In this document: piece after piece, positions 56,133 to 64,000 of the stretch | Position numbering within the stretch: the first letter of the stretch is position 1 | Layout: each line of letters starts with the position of its first letter | Assembly (NCBI GenBank): GCA_964636275.1 | Contig: CAZWRN010000003.1 | Span: 4,423 to 68,422, forward strand | Reading direction: 5' to 3' | From: an uncultured Gammaproteobacteria bacterium | Lineage (GTDB): Bacteria; Patescibacteriota; Microgenomatia; Daviesbacterales; UBA10151 | DNA: 64,000 nt | Translations under genes and position numbers: made by a program | The notes under the pieces: generated by a model | Database searches by the model: none | The model's input: the letters and a program-made list of their open reading frames with translations, nothing else | What the model was told of the DNA's origin: nothing

Positions 56133-56933
56133 TTATTTACGCATTGGAAGTAGCAATCTATCCGACTGTGTATGGGTCTGGTAACCTCTTTCGGCAAGCC
56201 TAAATAGCCCAACAATGATATTTATGACAGTAAAAAGTAACAAGGCTATATCCAGTCTGTTAAAAATAGCAGCAATTGCTGTCAGAAAAATAAACTCTCC
56301 TTCATCAAGTAAAAAGATAATCCGATTTTTAAGCCACAAACTTTTCAACCATCCACCAGCTGTTTTCCGTAGATCAGCATGCATTTTTTGATACTTTTCA
56401 TACAAATCAAGTCTTATAGCTTTACTTTTTTTCAAATAATCAGGATCATCAGCAAACCCAGAATAAACTGTTTCTAGCTTGATGTAATATCTGAACATAA
56501 AAAAGAAACAAGATGTAAATCCAGCAATTATCCACAAAACATTGCCTGTTTGAAAATAAACTGCCAAACTAAGCGCTAAATTTATCTGATAAATTTTTAA
56601 TACATCAAGAGTTTTATCTAAATAATTACCAATTAAAGAAGATAACTTTTTAGTTCTAGCTAACTGACCATCCATACAATCTAATATATAAGATGCTGGA
56701 AATAGAAAAGCTGCAACATATAAATGATATGGCAAATCAGCAACCAAAAGGACACAAGCAATGACATGAAATCCATAAGATACCAAAGTTAGTAAATTTG
56801 GAGTTATAAAATTGAAAGGAGTAACTACTGGGATCAAACTATTGGCTAGTTTAGGCATAAATTGATCAACCCAATTGCTAAAATAATGTGGTTCTATAAT
56901 AAAAGGTGCTTGAGTAGTTTTTTTGGTATCCAT
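56133..56933 (-). CDS. CDP-alcohol phosphatidyltransferase family protein
   Basis: TPNLLT and LDCMDGQLAR........G.YLD.TLD signature. Confidence 0.9.
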   Translation of the reverse strand: MDTKKTTQAPFIIEPHYFSNWVDQFMPKLANSLIPVVTPFNFITPNLLTLVSYGFHVIACVLLVADLPYHLYVAAFLFPASYILDCMDGQLARTKKLSSLIGNYLDKTLDVLKIYQINLALSLAVYFQTGNVLWIIAGFTSCFFFMFRYYIKLETVYSGFADDPDYLKKSKAIRLDLYEKYQKMHADLRKTAGGWLKSLWLKNRIIFLLDEGEFIFLTAIAAIFNRLDIALLLFTVINIIVGLFRLAERGYQTHTQSDRLLLPMRK

Positions 56934-56938
56934 AAGGA

Positions 56939-58129
56939 TTAATTATACAATGAGGAGTTATCTTTAAACCGTGAAGGATGTTTTGACAGATTATTAACCA
57001 TCTGATTAACTGGAGTTCTATATTGATTGATAACTGTTTCAAAAGCAACTTTAAATTCCTGAATTTGATCAAAAGTAATTTCTCCAATACTGGCTATCTG
57101 GAAAACTTTATCTTTTAACGGACCTTTTCCTTCATATATCACAAATCCAAGCGATTTAAGCGCATTTTTTAAATCAGAAGCCAGCAAATAATCAGGTAAG
57201 CTAAATGTTGTTAACATAGAAGACATCAGATACTTTGAATCAAGCAATGGATGTATATCCATTTGCTTTAAAGTTTTTCTGATTAAAAGAGCTTTCTTTC
57301 TTAAATCAGCTCTTAAATTTTCAACTTTGTTTATTAAAATATTATTTAGTGCCTGTTCCAGAGCACCAAACAACTGAACTGCCGGAGTATTTGGAGTTTG
57401 TTTTAAATCTTTAGCGTAACGATAAAATTTATATAAATTAAGATATGCTGTTCTTGGTGGAATATCTTTGATAGATTCAAAAGATTTATTTTTTCCAATC
57501 ACAATTGATAAACCGGGAATTGAACCTAAAGCTTTTGAAGAAGAAGTAGTTAAAAAATCAATATTCGAATCTTCAATTTCAATTTTGTCAACACCAGCGC
57601 TACTTACAGCATCAACATGAAACATAAGGCCAAATTCTTTAACTATTTTTCCGACTTTAAAAATCGGATTTAACATTCCTGTTGATGTTTCATGATGAAC
57701 CATAGAAATCATCTCAATATTATTCTCTTTAACAAATTTTCGGATCTGAGAAAGATTAAAAGGTGTTCCCCATTCAAGTTTAATTTGAAAAGTATTTGGG
57801 TTATGAATTCTCGAAATATCTCCCAACCTTTGACCAAATTCCCCATTAGAGATGATTAATATCTTCTTTTGTCCGACCACAGAAGAAAGTACTGCCTCAT
57901 TTGAAGCACTACCAGAACCGGTAATGATAACCGACTGATATTTACTTTGCTCTCTAATTTCAAAAACATCTAACAATTTACTATTGACACTTTTGAAGAG
58001 GACTGAAAACTCTTTCTCTCTGTGACCAATCTCCAAAGTAGCAACAACCTGTCGAACATTTTCAGCCACGTTTACAGGCCCTGGGCAAAAAAGTTTATGT
58101 GATGATTTTAAATACATTGTTGTTTTCAT
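56939..58129 (-). CDS. Class V PLP-dependent aminotransferase (PhnW/serine-pyruvate family)
   Basis: PGPV, GSGS, NGEFG, HHETSTG, DAVSS, SSSK (PLP Lys), GFVIYEGK. Confidence 0.85.
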   Translation of the reverse strand: MKTTMYLKSSHKLFCPGPVNVAENVRQVVATLEIGHREKEFSVLFKSVNSKLLDVFEIREQSKYQSVIITGSGSASNEAVLSSVVGQKKILIISNGEFGQRLGDISRIHNPNTFQIKLEWGTPFNLSQIRKFVKENNIEMISMVHHETSTGMLNPIFKVGKIVKEFGLMFHVDAVSSAGVDKIEIEDSNIDFLTTSSSKALGSIPGLSIVIGKNKSFESIKDIPPRTAYLNLYKFYRYAKDLKQTPNTPAVQLFGALEQALNNILINKVENLRADLRKKALLIRKTLKQMDIHPLLDSKYLMSSMLTTFSLPDYLLASDLKNALKSLGFVIYEGKGPLKDKVFQIASIGEITFDQIQEFKVAFETVINQYRTPVNQMVNNLSKHPSRFKDNSSLYN

Positions 58130-58180
58130 AGTCTTATAGTTATTTACTTCAGGATACTACAAGTTAGAATTGTACACCCT

Positions 58181-58220
58181 TTGTAAGCTTTTGTCTAGTC
58201 TATGTCTGGTTTATGTCTAA
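58181..58220 (-). promoter_or_regulatory. 11-bp-period direct repeats, OmpR/PhoB-type box candidate
   Basis: TGTCT at 58192, 58203 and 58214 (minus strand TAGACA, CAGACA, TAGACA), then TACAAT. Confidence 0.5.
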
Positions 58221-58468
58221 AAAATAGTTTGTAAAAAAACTTCAGCTTATTCTCAGCTAATATCTTTATTATCAAAATGGTCAAACTATTAAATCCTAAA
58301 ACAAATAACCTCGAAGAGTCAGCTTGTACTTCCTCACTTTTTTTGGGGAGCCGCTAGTTGGCTTTCTTTTTGACTGTAAAAATATTATACACCTCTTATG
58401 CAAGTCCCTGCTTTAGCCTCAAAAGATAAAGATTGAATTGCAACTCCAAATTTATTACACTACACTCC

Positions 58469-58906
58469 ATGGCTGAACTAATTCCGTCAGGAAGCAAGGT
58501 TTCCTTACATTTAAAAATTGTTACACCAGAGTCTCAAGTTCGGGATGAAATGGTTGATCAAGTCAACGTTGCGACCACTCAAGGAGAGATTGGTATTCTT
58601 CCCCATCATGCTGATTTGATCTCAAAAATTGTTCCGGGAGAACTCAAAATCAAAAAAGGCTCTAAAGTCGAATATTTTGCCACAGGTGACGGTTTTTTGC
58701 AGGTGACAAATAATGTTTTGACAATCATGACTGATCTAGCTGAATCCGCTGCCTCTATTGACGAGCGGGCTGTTGAACAGGCGAAAAAACGCGCCGAAGA
58801 AGCTTTGGAACAAAAACTTGGCGATGAAGAATACGCTGAAACACTGGCTATTTTGGAAAAATCTCTAGCTCAGCTCAAAGTTAAGCGACGCCACCGCAAT
58901 ATTTAG
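58469..58906 (+). CDS. atpC: F0F1 ATP synthase subunit epsilon
   Basis: LKIVTPE, GEIGILPHH, GFLQV, IDERA.EQAK.RAE. Confidence 0.95.
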   Translation: MAELIPSGSKVSLHLKIVTPESQVRDEMVDQVNVATTQGEIGILPHHADLISKIVPGELKIKKGSKVEYFATGDGFLQVTNNVLTIMTDLAESAASIDERAVEQAKKRAEEALEQKLGDEEYAETLAILEKSLAQLKVKRRHRNI

Positions 58907-58951
58907 CTTCTGATCCGTTGTAGATTCATAGTATTCAGGGTATTATGAGTT

Positions 58952-59075
58952 TAAATTCGAATATCAAAATCCGAAATACGAAACAAATTCTAAATTCAAA
59001 TAGTAAAAAGCATTTTGAATTTCTTATTTGGAATTTAAAGATTATTTCGATTTTAGTACTTCGGATTTCGAATTT
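58952..59075. repeat. Inverted 7-bp periodic element (TTCGAA family)
   Basis: aaattcg-aatatca-aaatccg-aaatacg-aaacaaattctaaattc ... tttcgat-tttagta-cttcgga-tttcgaa-ttt, then ATG. Confidence 0.85.
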
Positions 59076-59990
59076 ATGTCCTCAACTTACGACTTATCAA
59101 TCATTATTCTTTCCTATAATGTTAAAGATCTGCTGATCAAATGCATCGACTCTATCTATTCCAATAAAACCAAAGCCGACAACTGGCAAATTATTGTGGT
59201 CGACAACAATTCGACCGATCATTCACTAGAAGCAGCTAAAGATCGCTTTCCAAAAATCGAAGCTATCCAAACTAGTAAAAATCTGGGATTTTCTGGCGGC
59301 AACAATGCAGCAATTCCTTATGTCACAGCAGACTATGTTCTATTTCTAAATCCCGACACTGTAATCATGGGCGATGTGATTCAAAAATCGCTTGCCAAAC
59401 TAAAAGCAGATTCTCAAATTGGAGCTTTGGGCTGCCGAATCGAATTTCCCAACAATTCTGGGCTAGATTACTCAGCCCACCGAGGTTTTCCGACTCCTTG
59501 GAACGCACTAATGTATTTTACTGGCCTAGCCAAACTATTTCCTAAATCCAAACTATTTGCCGGTTACACCGCGACCTATCTTGATATCAGTAAAACTCAT
59601 GAAATGGATTGTGGTACTGGTGCTTTTATGATGCTACCAAAAAAAGTTGGTGATCAGGTCCACTGGTGGGACACTGATTATTTCTGGAACGGTGAAGATA
59701 TCGAATTTTTTTACCGAATCAAAGAGAAAGGCTATAAAGTGATCTATTTTGCCGATGGAAAAATTATTCATTATAAAGGTTCATCCTCAGGGCTCTGGAA
59801 GACAGCCAAAATCAAAGTTGATCCAGCTGTTAAATTAAAAGCGGCCAGAAATGGCGCCAAAGCGATGCGTATTTTTTATATGAAACATTACTATAAAAAG
59901 TATCCACCGGTGATCCGTGAAGTAGTACTGCTGGGAATTGCTATACTGGAAAAGTATCGTCTGTTTAAGATAAAAGCAGGGTTAAAATAA
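59076..59990 (+). CDS. Glycosyltransferase family 2
   Basis: LSIIILSYN, VVDNNSTD, NLGFSGGNN, LNPD, EDIE. Confidence 0.92.
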   Translation: MSSTYDLSIIILSYNVKDLLIKCIDSIYSNKTKADNWQIIVVDNNSTDHSLEAAKDRFPKIEAIQTSKNLGFSGGNNAAIPYVTADYVLFLNPDTVIMGDVIQKSLAKLKADSQIGALGCRIEFPNNSGLDYSAHRGFPTPWNALMYFTGLAKLFPKSKLFAGYTATYLDISKTHEMDCGTGAFMMLPKKVGDQVHWWDTDYFWNGEDIEFFYRIKEKGYKVIYFADGKIIHYKGSSSGLWKTAKIKVDPAVKLKAARNGAKAMRIFYMKHYYKKYPPVIREVVLLGIAILEKYRLFKIKAGLK

Positions 59991-60016
59991 TAAGCTTAGT
60001 AAGTTCTTAATATTTT

Positions 60017-60123
60017 TCGAGTGATTAGCGAGAAACTTCCTTTTAAATATTATATTTTTAAGGTAATTTCTCACTTCGTTCGAAAAATAATTAATTCCTG
60101 AGCGAGCAGAGCGAGTCGAAGGA
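60017..60123. repeat. REP-like palindromic elements
   Basis: ttcgagtgattagcgagaaa ... tttctcacttcgttcgaa hairpin, then tcctgagcgagcagagcgagtcgaagga. Confidence 0.5.
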
Positions 60124-60136
60124 TTACATTAAATAC

Positions 60137-61054
60137 ATGAACTTAGACCTATCTATTATCTACGTCAGCTACAACACCAAAGACACTACTTTGGAATCTT
60201 TGGGGTATTTAAAAAAATCGATTGATTTTGCTCAGAAAAAACTGGGAAACCAGATTGAAGTAATCATGGTTGATAACGACTCCAAGGACGGTTCAGTTGA
60301 AGCTGTAAAAAAAGAGTTTCCTTGGGTCAAAGTCATTGAAACTCATGAAAACAAAGGCTACGGAGTTGGCAACAACATTGGCATAAAACAGGCTAAACAT
60401 CCGTATATTTTACTGCTCAATACTGATGCTTTTGTTAAAGAAGACACCCTGGCTGATTCACTGGAATATATGCAGTCTCATCCAAACATAGATGTGTTAG
60501 GGCCCAAACTACTCTTCAAAGATCAATCCTTTCAGCCAAATGCCGGGTTTCTCCCTAACCCATTTGCCACCTCCGTCTGGCTGCTTGGACTCGAAGCAAT
60601 TCCCGGAATGAAATCAGTGTTTCCTTCAGTTCATAAGCGAAATCGTAGCTTTTACAAATCAGCTCAGCAGGTTGATTGGGTAATGGGCGCCTATTTTTTG
60701 CTCAAACAAGAAGTCTATGAAAAAACTGGCGGCTTTGACGAAAAGATCTTTATGTATATGGAAGAAGTTGAATGGTGTATGCGTATTAAAGAAGCTGGTT
60801 TTAAAGTCGGATACACACCTACCATCTCCCTCGTTCATGTTGGTGGCGCCTCCAGTGGTGGCGATATCTCAGTCCCTTTATTTCGCGAAATGGAAGGACT
60901 ACTCTATGTCTACAAAAAACATTATCCCGGACTAGTCTGGTACTTAAAACTAATTATTATGCTAGGATGTCTAATGAGGATAGTTGCATTTACTCTTTTA
61001 GGTAAAACCAACCGAGTAAAAGCCTATCTTCAAGTTTTAAGCAAACTAAATTAA
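60137..61054 (+). CDS. Glycosyltransferase family 2
   Basis: VDNDSKDGS, GYGVGNN, LLNTD, GGFDE..FMYMEEVEW. Confidence 0.92.
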   Translation: MNLDLSIIYVSYNTKDTTLESLGYLKKSIDFAQKKLGNQIEVIMVDNDSKDGSVEAVKKEFPWVKVIETHENKGYGVGNNIGIKQAKHPYILLLNTDAFVKEDTLADSLEYMQSHPNIDVLGPKLLFKDQSFQPNAGFLPNPFATSVWLLGLEAIPGMKSVFPSVHKRNRSFYKSAQQVDWVMGAYFLLKQEVYEKTGGFDEKIFMYMEEVEWCMRIKEAGFKVGYTPTISLVHVGGASSGGDISVPLFREMEGLLYVYKKHYPGLVWYLKLIIMLGCLMRIVAFTLLGKTNRVKAYLQVLSKLN

Positions 61055-61127
61055 TGTCAAATACTACCAGTGCCCAATGTCAAATTCCCAGTTTCCTATT
61101 TCAGTGGGCATTCAGCATTAGACATTA
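61053..61127. repeat. Inverted 7-bp periodic element
   Basis: aatgtca ... agtgccc-aatgtca-aattccc ... tgggcat-tcagcat-tagacat-ta. Confidence 0.7.
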
Positions 61128-61134
61128 AATCTTT

Positions 61135-62883
61135 ATGAAAATCGCTATTATTACAGTCAACTACAACGGCTCTGACGATACTATCGAATTCCTTGACTCA
61201 CTAAAACTCCTACCAACTACAACCTACCAACTACTAACTATTGTAGTCGATAATGGATCAAGTGATAATTCTGTAGAAAAAATACTTAAAAAGCATCCTG
61301 ATGTTGATTTGCTCCAGACAGGTGAAAACAAAGGTTTTGCTGGTGGGTACAATCGCGGTATTGAACACGCCATGATCTGGGGTGCTGATTATCTGCTGAT
61401 TATCAACAACGACACTCTGATATCCGATCCCCACCTTTTAACTAAACTCGCTAAAACACTGGATGAAAATCCCAAAGCTGGCATCGTTGCACCCAAAATT
61501 TACTTCGCTCCAGGATTTGAATTTCATAAAGAAAAATACACCAAAGAAGATTCTGGCAAAGTCATCTGGTATGCCGGTGGTGAATTTGACTGGAACAATG
61601 TCTATTCCGTCCACCATGGTATGAACGAAGTTGACCAGGGACAATATGACAAAGAAGAAGCCGTTTCTTTTGTCACTGCCTGCTGCTGGATGATCAAAAG
61701 AGAGGTCATCGAAAAAGTCGGAATGTTTGAAGAGGATCTCTTTGCCTACTTTGAAGACAATGACCTCTGTATGCGAATTCAGACAGCTGGGTATAAACTT
61801 TATTACAACGGACACACCTCTCTTTTCCATAAAGTGTCCAGAACTTCTGGCATTGGCTCCAGTTTTGGCGACTATTTAATGACCCGCAATCGGCTCTATT
61901 TCGGTATGAAATACGCCTCCGGCCGCACCAAATTTGCGCTTTATCGAGAAGCGCTCAAGTTTCTCTTATTTGGTAGACAGGCACAAAAAGAGGGCGTCTG
62001 GGCCTATTTTCAGGGTAAAAAAGGGCCTCAACATCCTCAGACAACCAAAAACCCTGGCTATCAGATCAAGCTGTCAGTCGTGACTTTAAACTACAACACA
62101 CCGGATCTGATCGACAACTTTTTGAAAAGTATTTTTAAGCAGGATTCAGGTTACAGCAAGCAATCAACAGAAGTAATCGTGCTAGATAACGGATCTGAAC
62201 TTGGCTGTGCGGATGTGGTCAAAAAATATCCGGAAGTCAGATTCATTCAAAACCCGGTTAACACCGGCTTTACCGGCGGCAATAATAAAGCTTTTAAATA
62301 CTCCCGCGGTGAATACATCCTAATGCTCAATTCAGATATTGAGTCATTGGAAAATTCTCTGAGTGACCAGCTAGCTGCCGCTGAAAAGTACCATGGTAAT
62401 GCAGTAACATCTGGAGCACTCTATTTTCCAGACGGCACTCTCCAAGATTCAATTTTCTATCTTCCAACCACCTGGGGAGCCATCAAAGAATATTTCCTCC
62501 GTATCAAAGGCTCTTTCTTTATGTATGCACCGCCCCAAGACCGCGATACCAAAGTCGAAGCTGCCGCTATGGCTTGCTTTATGATTCCAAGAAAAATATT
62601 AAACAAAGTAGGATTTTTAGATGAAAGACTTTTTACATACTTTGAGGATGTCGATTTCTGCAGACGTTGCAAAAGATTAGGAATCCCAATTTATTACACT
62701 CCCAAAGCCCGTTTCCTCCACCTGCATGGTGCCACCAGTAAACGCCTCAAACAAGGCAAAGCCTATGAATTACTCGTCAACGCATCGAAACTGTATCATG
62801 GAAAGCTTAATTATCATTTGCTAACCTTTACTCTAAAAGTTGCTCAAAAGATTTCCGGCACTCAAACCCCTGTAGCAAGATAG
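61135..62883 (+). CDS. Tandem two-domain glycosyltransferase family 2
   Basis: Two DNGS / N.GF.GG.N / FED modules. Confidence 0.92.
   Translation: MKIAIITVNYNGSDDTIEFLDSLKLLPTTTYQLLTIVVDNGSSDNSVEKILKKHPDVDLLQTGENKGFAGGYNRGIEHAMIWGADYLLIINNDTLISDPHLLTKLAKTLDENPKAGIVAPKIYFAPGFEFHKEKYTKEDSGKVIWYAGGEFDWNNVYSVHHGMNEVDQGQYDKEEAVSFVTACCWMIKREVIEKVGMFEEDLFAYFEDNDLCMRIQTAGYKLYYNGHTSLFHKVSRTSGIGSSFGDYLMTRNRLYFGMKYASGRTKFALYREALKFLLFGRQAQKEGVWAYFQGKKGPQHPQTTKNPGYQIKLSVVTLNYNTPDLIDNFLKSIFKQDSGYSKQSTEVIVLDNGSELGCADVVKKYPEVRFIQNPVNTGFTGGNNKAFKYSRGEYILMLNSDIESLENSLSDQLAAAEKYHGNAVTSGALYFPDGTLQDSIFYLPTTWGAIKEYFLRIKGSFFMYAPPQDRDTKVEAAAMACFMIPRKILNKVGFLDERLFTYFEDVDFCRRCKRLGIPIYYTPKARFLHLHGATSKRLKQGKAYELLVNASKLYHGKLNYHLLTFTLKVAQKISGTQTPVAR
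61210..61240 (+). repeat. 7-bp periodic array inside the GT2 gene (in frame)
   Basis: ctaccaa-ctacaac-ctaccaa-ctactaa-cta; encodes LPTTTYQLLT. Confidence 0.8.
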
Positions 62884-63132
62884 TTAACGAAGTTTTAAAT
62901 TAGAGGCTGTATCTTGGATCTTTCTCAGCCTTCTAACAACTCCATCGGGACCTTTTATCCACACGCCTCTTTTTACAGCAATTAGATACTTGTTATCAGA
63001 TGCATCTAATATCACTCCTGTCATACCTCGGATAGAACTGGCAGTTCCAGTTGCAGCATCTATCAATGAGGGTTTAATCGCCGGATTACTTGCTAAAAAC
63101 CTCACTTTGTCTCCCCTCTCAAAAGTATTCAT
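62884..63132 (-). CDS. Small hypothetical protein (possible SH3/KOW-like)
   Basis: FERGDKVRF...G.TGVILD pattern. Confidence 0.45.
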   Translation of the reverse strand: MNTFERGDKVRFLASNPAIKPSLIDAATGTASSIRGMTGVILDASDNKYLIAVKRGVWIKGPDGVVRRLRKIQDTASNLKLR

Positions 63133-63210
63133 AAATATAAAACTATTAAACATCGAATGACTAGAAAAAAACAAGAATTATATAAAAAAGCAGATTTAAA
63201 AAAAATTTAG

Positions 63211-63293
63211 TCCGGAGAATAGGATTTGAACCTATGTAGCCGAAAGGCGACAGATTTACAGTCTGTTGTGATTGACCACTCCACCATCTCCGG
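63211..63293 (-). tRNA. tRNA-Tyr(GUA) with C1-G72 and long variable arm; CCA not encoded
   Basis: CCGGAGA/TCTCCGG acceptor stem, A73, ACAGA-CTGTAAA-TCTGT anticodon arm, V-arm GCC-TTTC-GGC, ATAGG-TTCAAAT-CCTAT T-arm. Confidence 0.95.
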
Positions 63294-63350
63294 AGGAATT
63301 AATGTATTTTATCAGGTTCAGGCACAAGAAGCAAAGATGAAAGGTGATTT

Positions 63351-63590
63351 AATGGATCCTCGCTTTCGCGGGGATACGATACACAGAAATTCATCAATCG
63401 AACACTTCAACAACTAATTAACCACTATCTATTATTCACTATTGTTATTCTCAGAAAGGTCTCACCTTGCAAGGCGTGGCCTTGCGAAGCTAAAAAGATC
63501 AGTTATTAATGGATCCCGGATCAAGTCCGGGATAAGGTACCCAACAATTCAACAATTTATCTCATTAACTGATTAACTAATCCACTAATT
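63351..63590. repeat. Cluster of REP-like hairpins and 8-bp periodic arrays
   Basis: atcctcgc-tttc-gcggggat; aaggt-ctc-acctt; gcaaggc-gtg-gccttgc; atcccgga-tcaag-tccgggat; caacaatt-caacaatt; attaactg-attaacta-atccacta. Confidence 0.65.
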
Positions 63591-63615
63591 ACCCCCTTTA
63601 TGCTATGATTTATCT

Positions 63616-64000
63616 ATGCCACTGCGCAGATTTCATCGTGCACCAGATTACTCATCCGCCCGTAAAGTAAAATGGCTGTCTTTAATATCTAAATGGGGTT
63701 TGGGGATCATCTTTGTTGGACTGGTTGTATTTCTGGGCGTGATCATCTACTTTTTCACTCAAATTCCTTCTCCAGATGAACTATCCAATCGTGATGTAGC
63801 CGCTTCAACTAAAATCTTCGATCGCAACGGAGAGCTTTTATACGATATCTTCCAAAACCAAAATCGTACCCCGGTCAAGTTTGAAGATATTCCTGAGGTC
63901 ATGAAACAAGCTACAATTGCTATAGAAGATAAGGATTTTTACAAACATCAGGGTTTTGATATCACTGGTATTATCCGTTCCGCCTGGAAACTGGCGATCC
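63616..64000 (+). CDS. Class A penicillin-binding protein (PBP1A-like), 5' partial
   Basis: Read manually from ATG 63616: TM helix, STKIFDRNGELLY, ATIAIEDKDFYKHQGFD transglycosylase motif; runs off the window. Confidence 0.92.
   Translation, partial: MPLRRFHRAPDYSSARKVKWLSLISKWGLGIIFVGLVVFLGVIIYFFTQIPSPDELSNRDVAASTKIFDRNGELLYDIFQNQNRTPVKFEDIPEVMKQATIAIEDKDFYKHQGFDITGIIRSAWKLAI

Noticed and set aside
55358-58129. Complete phosphonate biosynthesis cluster
   Set aside because: No PEP mutase (EDK-x5-NS motif) or phosphonopyruvate decarboxylase in the window; the substrate remains unassigned.
46855-58468. Accessory block as a prophage or integrative element
   Set aside because: No integrase, transposase, phage genes or att-like repeats recognised.
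58945-59136. 63-aa ORF and the extended 5' end of the 59028 ORF
   Set aside because: They translate the heptamer element; the GT2 gene more plausibly starts at ATG 59076.
63226-63417. 63-aa plus-strand ORF
   Set aside because: Antisense to tRNA-Tyr and runs through REP-like repeats.

Overview
64-kb AT-rich bacterial chromosome segment, most consistent with a Patescibacteria/CPR genome (Microgenomates-like). This taxonomy is an inference from gene content: monoderm type IV pilus locus without pilQ, archaeal-type TyrRS, truncated GlmU and HolB, and a rpmF-nusB-acp-rnc block without fab genes. Contents in order: gpmA-eno; peptidoglycan genes (murF, murD, murC, N-terminal glmU); gyrB; a complete type IV pilus locus with two tandem minor-pilin sets; trmD-khpA-rpsP; rnc-ACP-like-nusB-rpmF; recG; tyrS; an RND pump coupled to a Cys-repeat protein; an F1Fo ATP synthase operon with atpC displaced by an ~11.6-kb accessory block; three GT2 glycosyltransferases; tRNA-Tyr; and the start of a class A PBP. 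The most striking signal is a dispersed system of degenerate 7-bp-periodic arrays, usually as inverted pairs. They occupy many gene junctions and also sit in frame inside conserved proteins, with a near-identical 31-nt copy in both recG and atpG. In one case they enclose a four-helix-bundle (23S-IVP/Avd-like) gene inside the atp operon, and a matching 'empty' copy lies 3 kb upstream. Also notable: a C1-G72, V-arm-bearing tRNA-Tyr matching the archaeal-type TyrRS, an ACP homologue lacking the phosphopantetheine Ser, pervasive leaderless promoters, and a headgroup-activation cassette with Pho-box-like repeats. All calls are from visual motif recognition; no searches were run.
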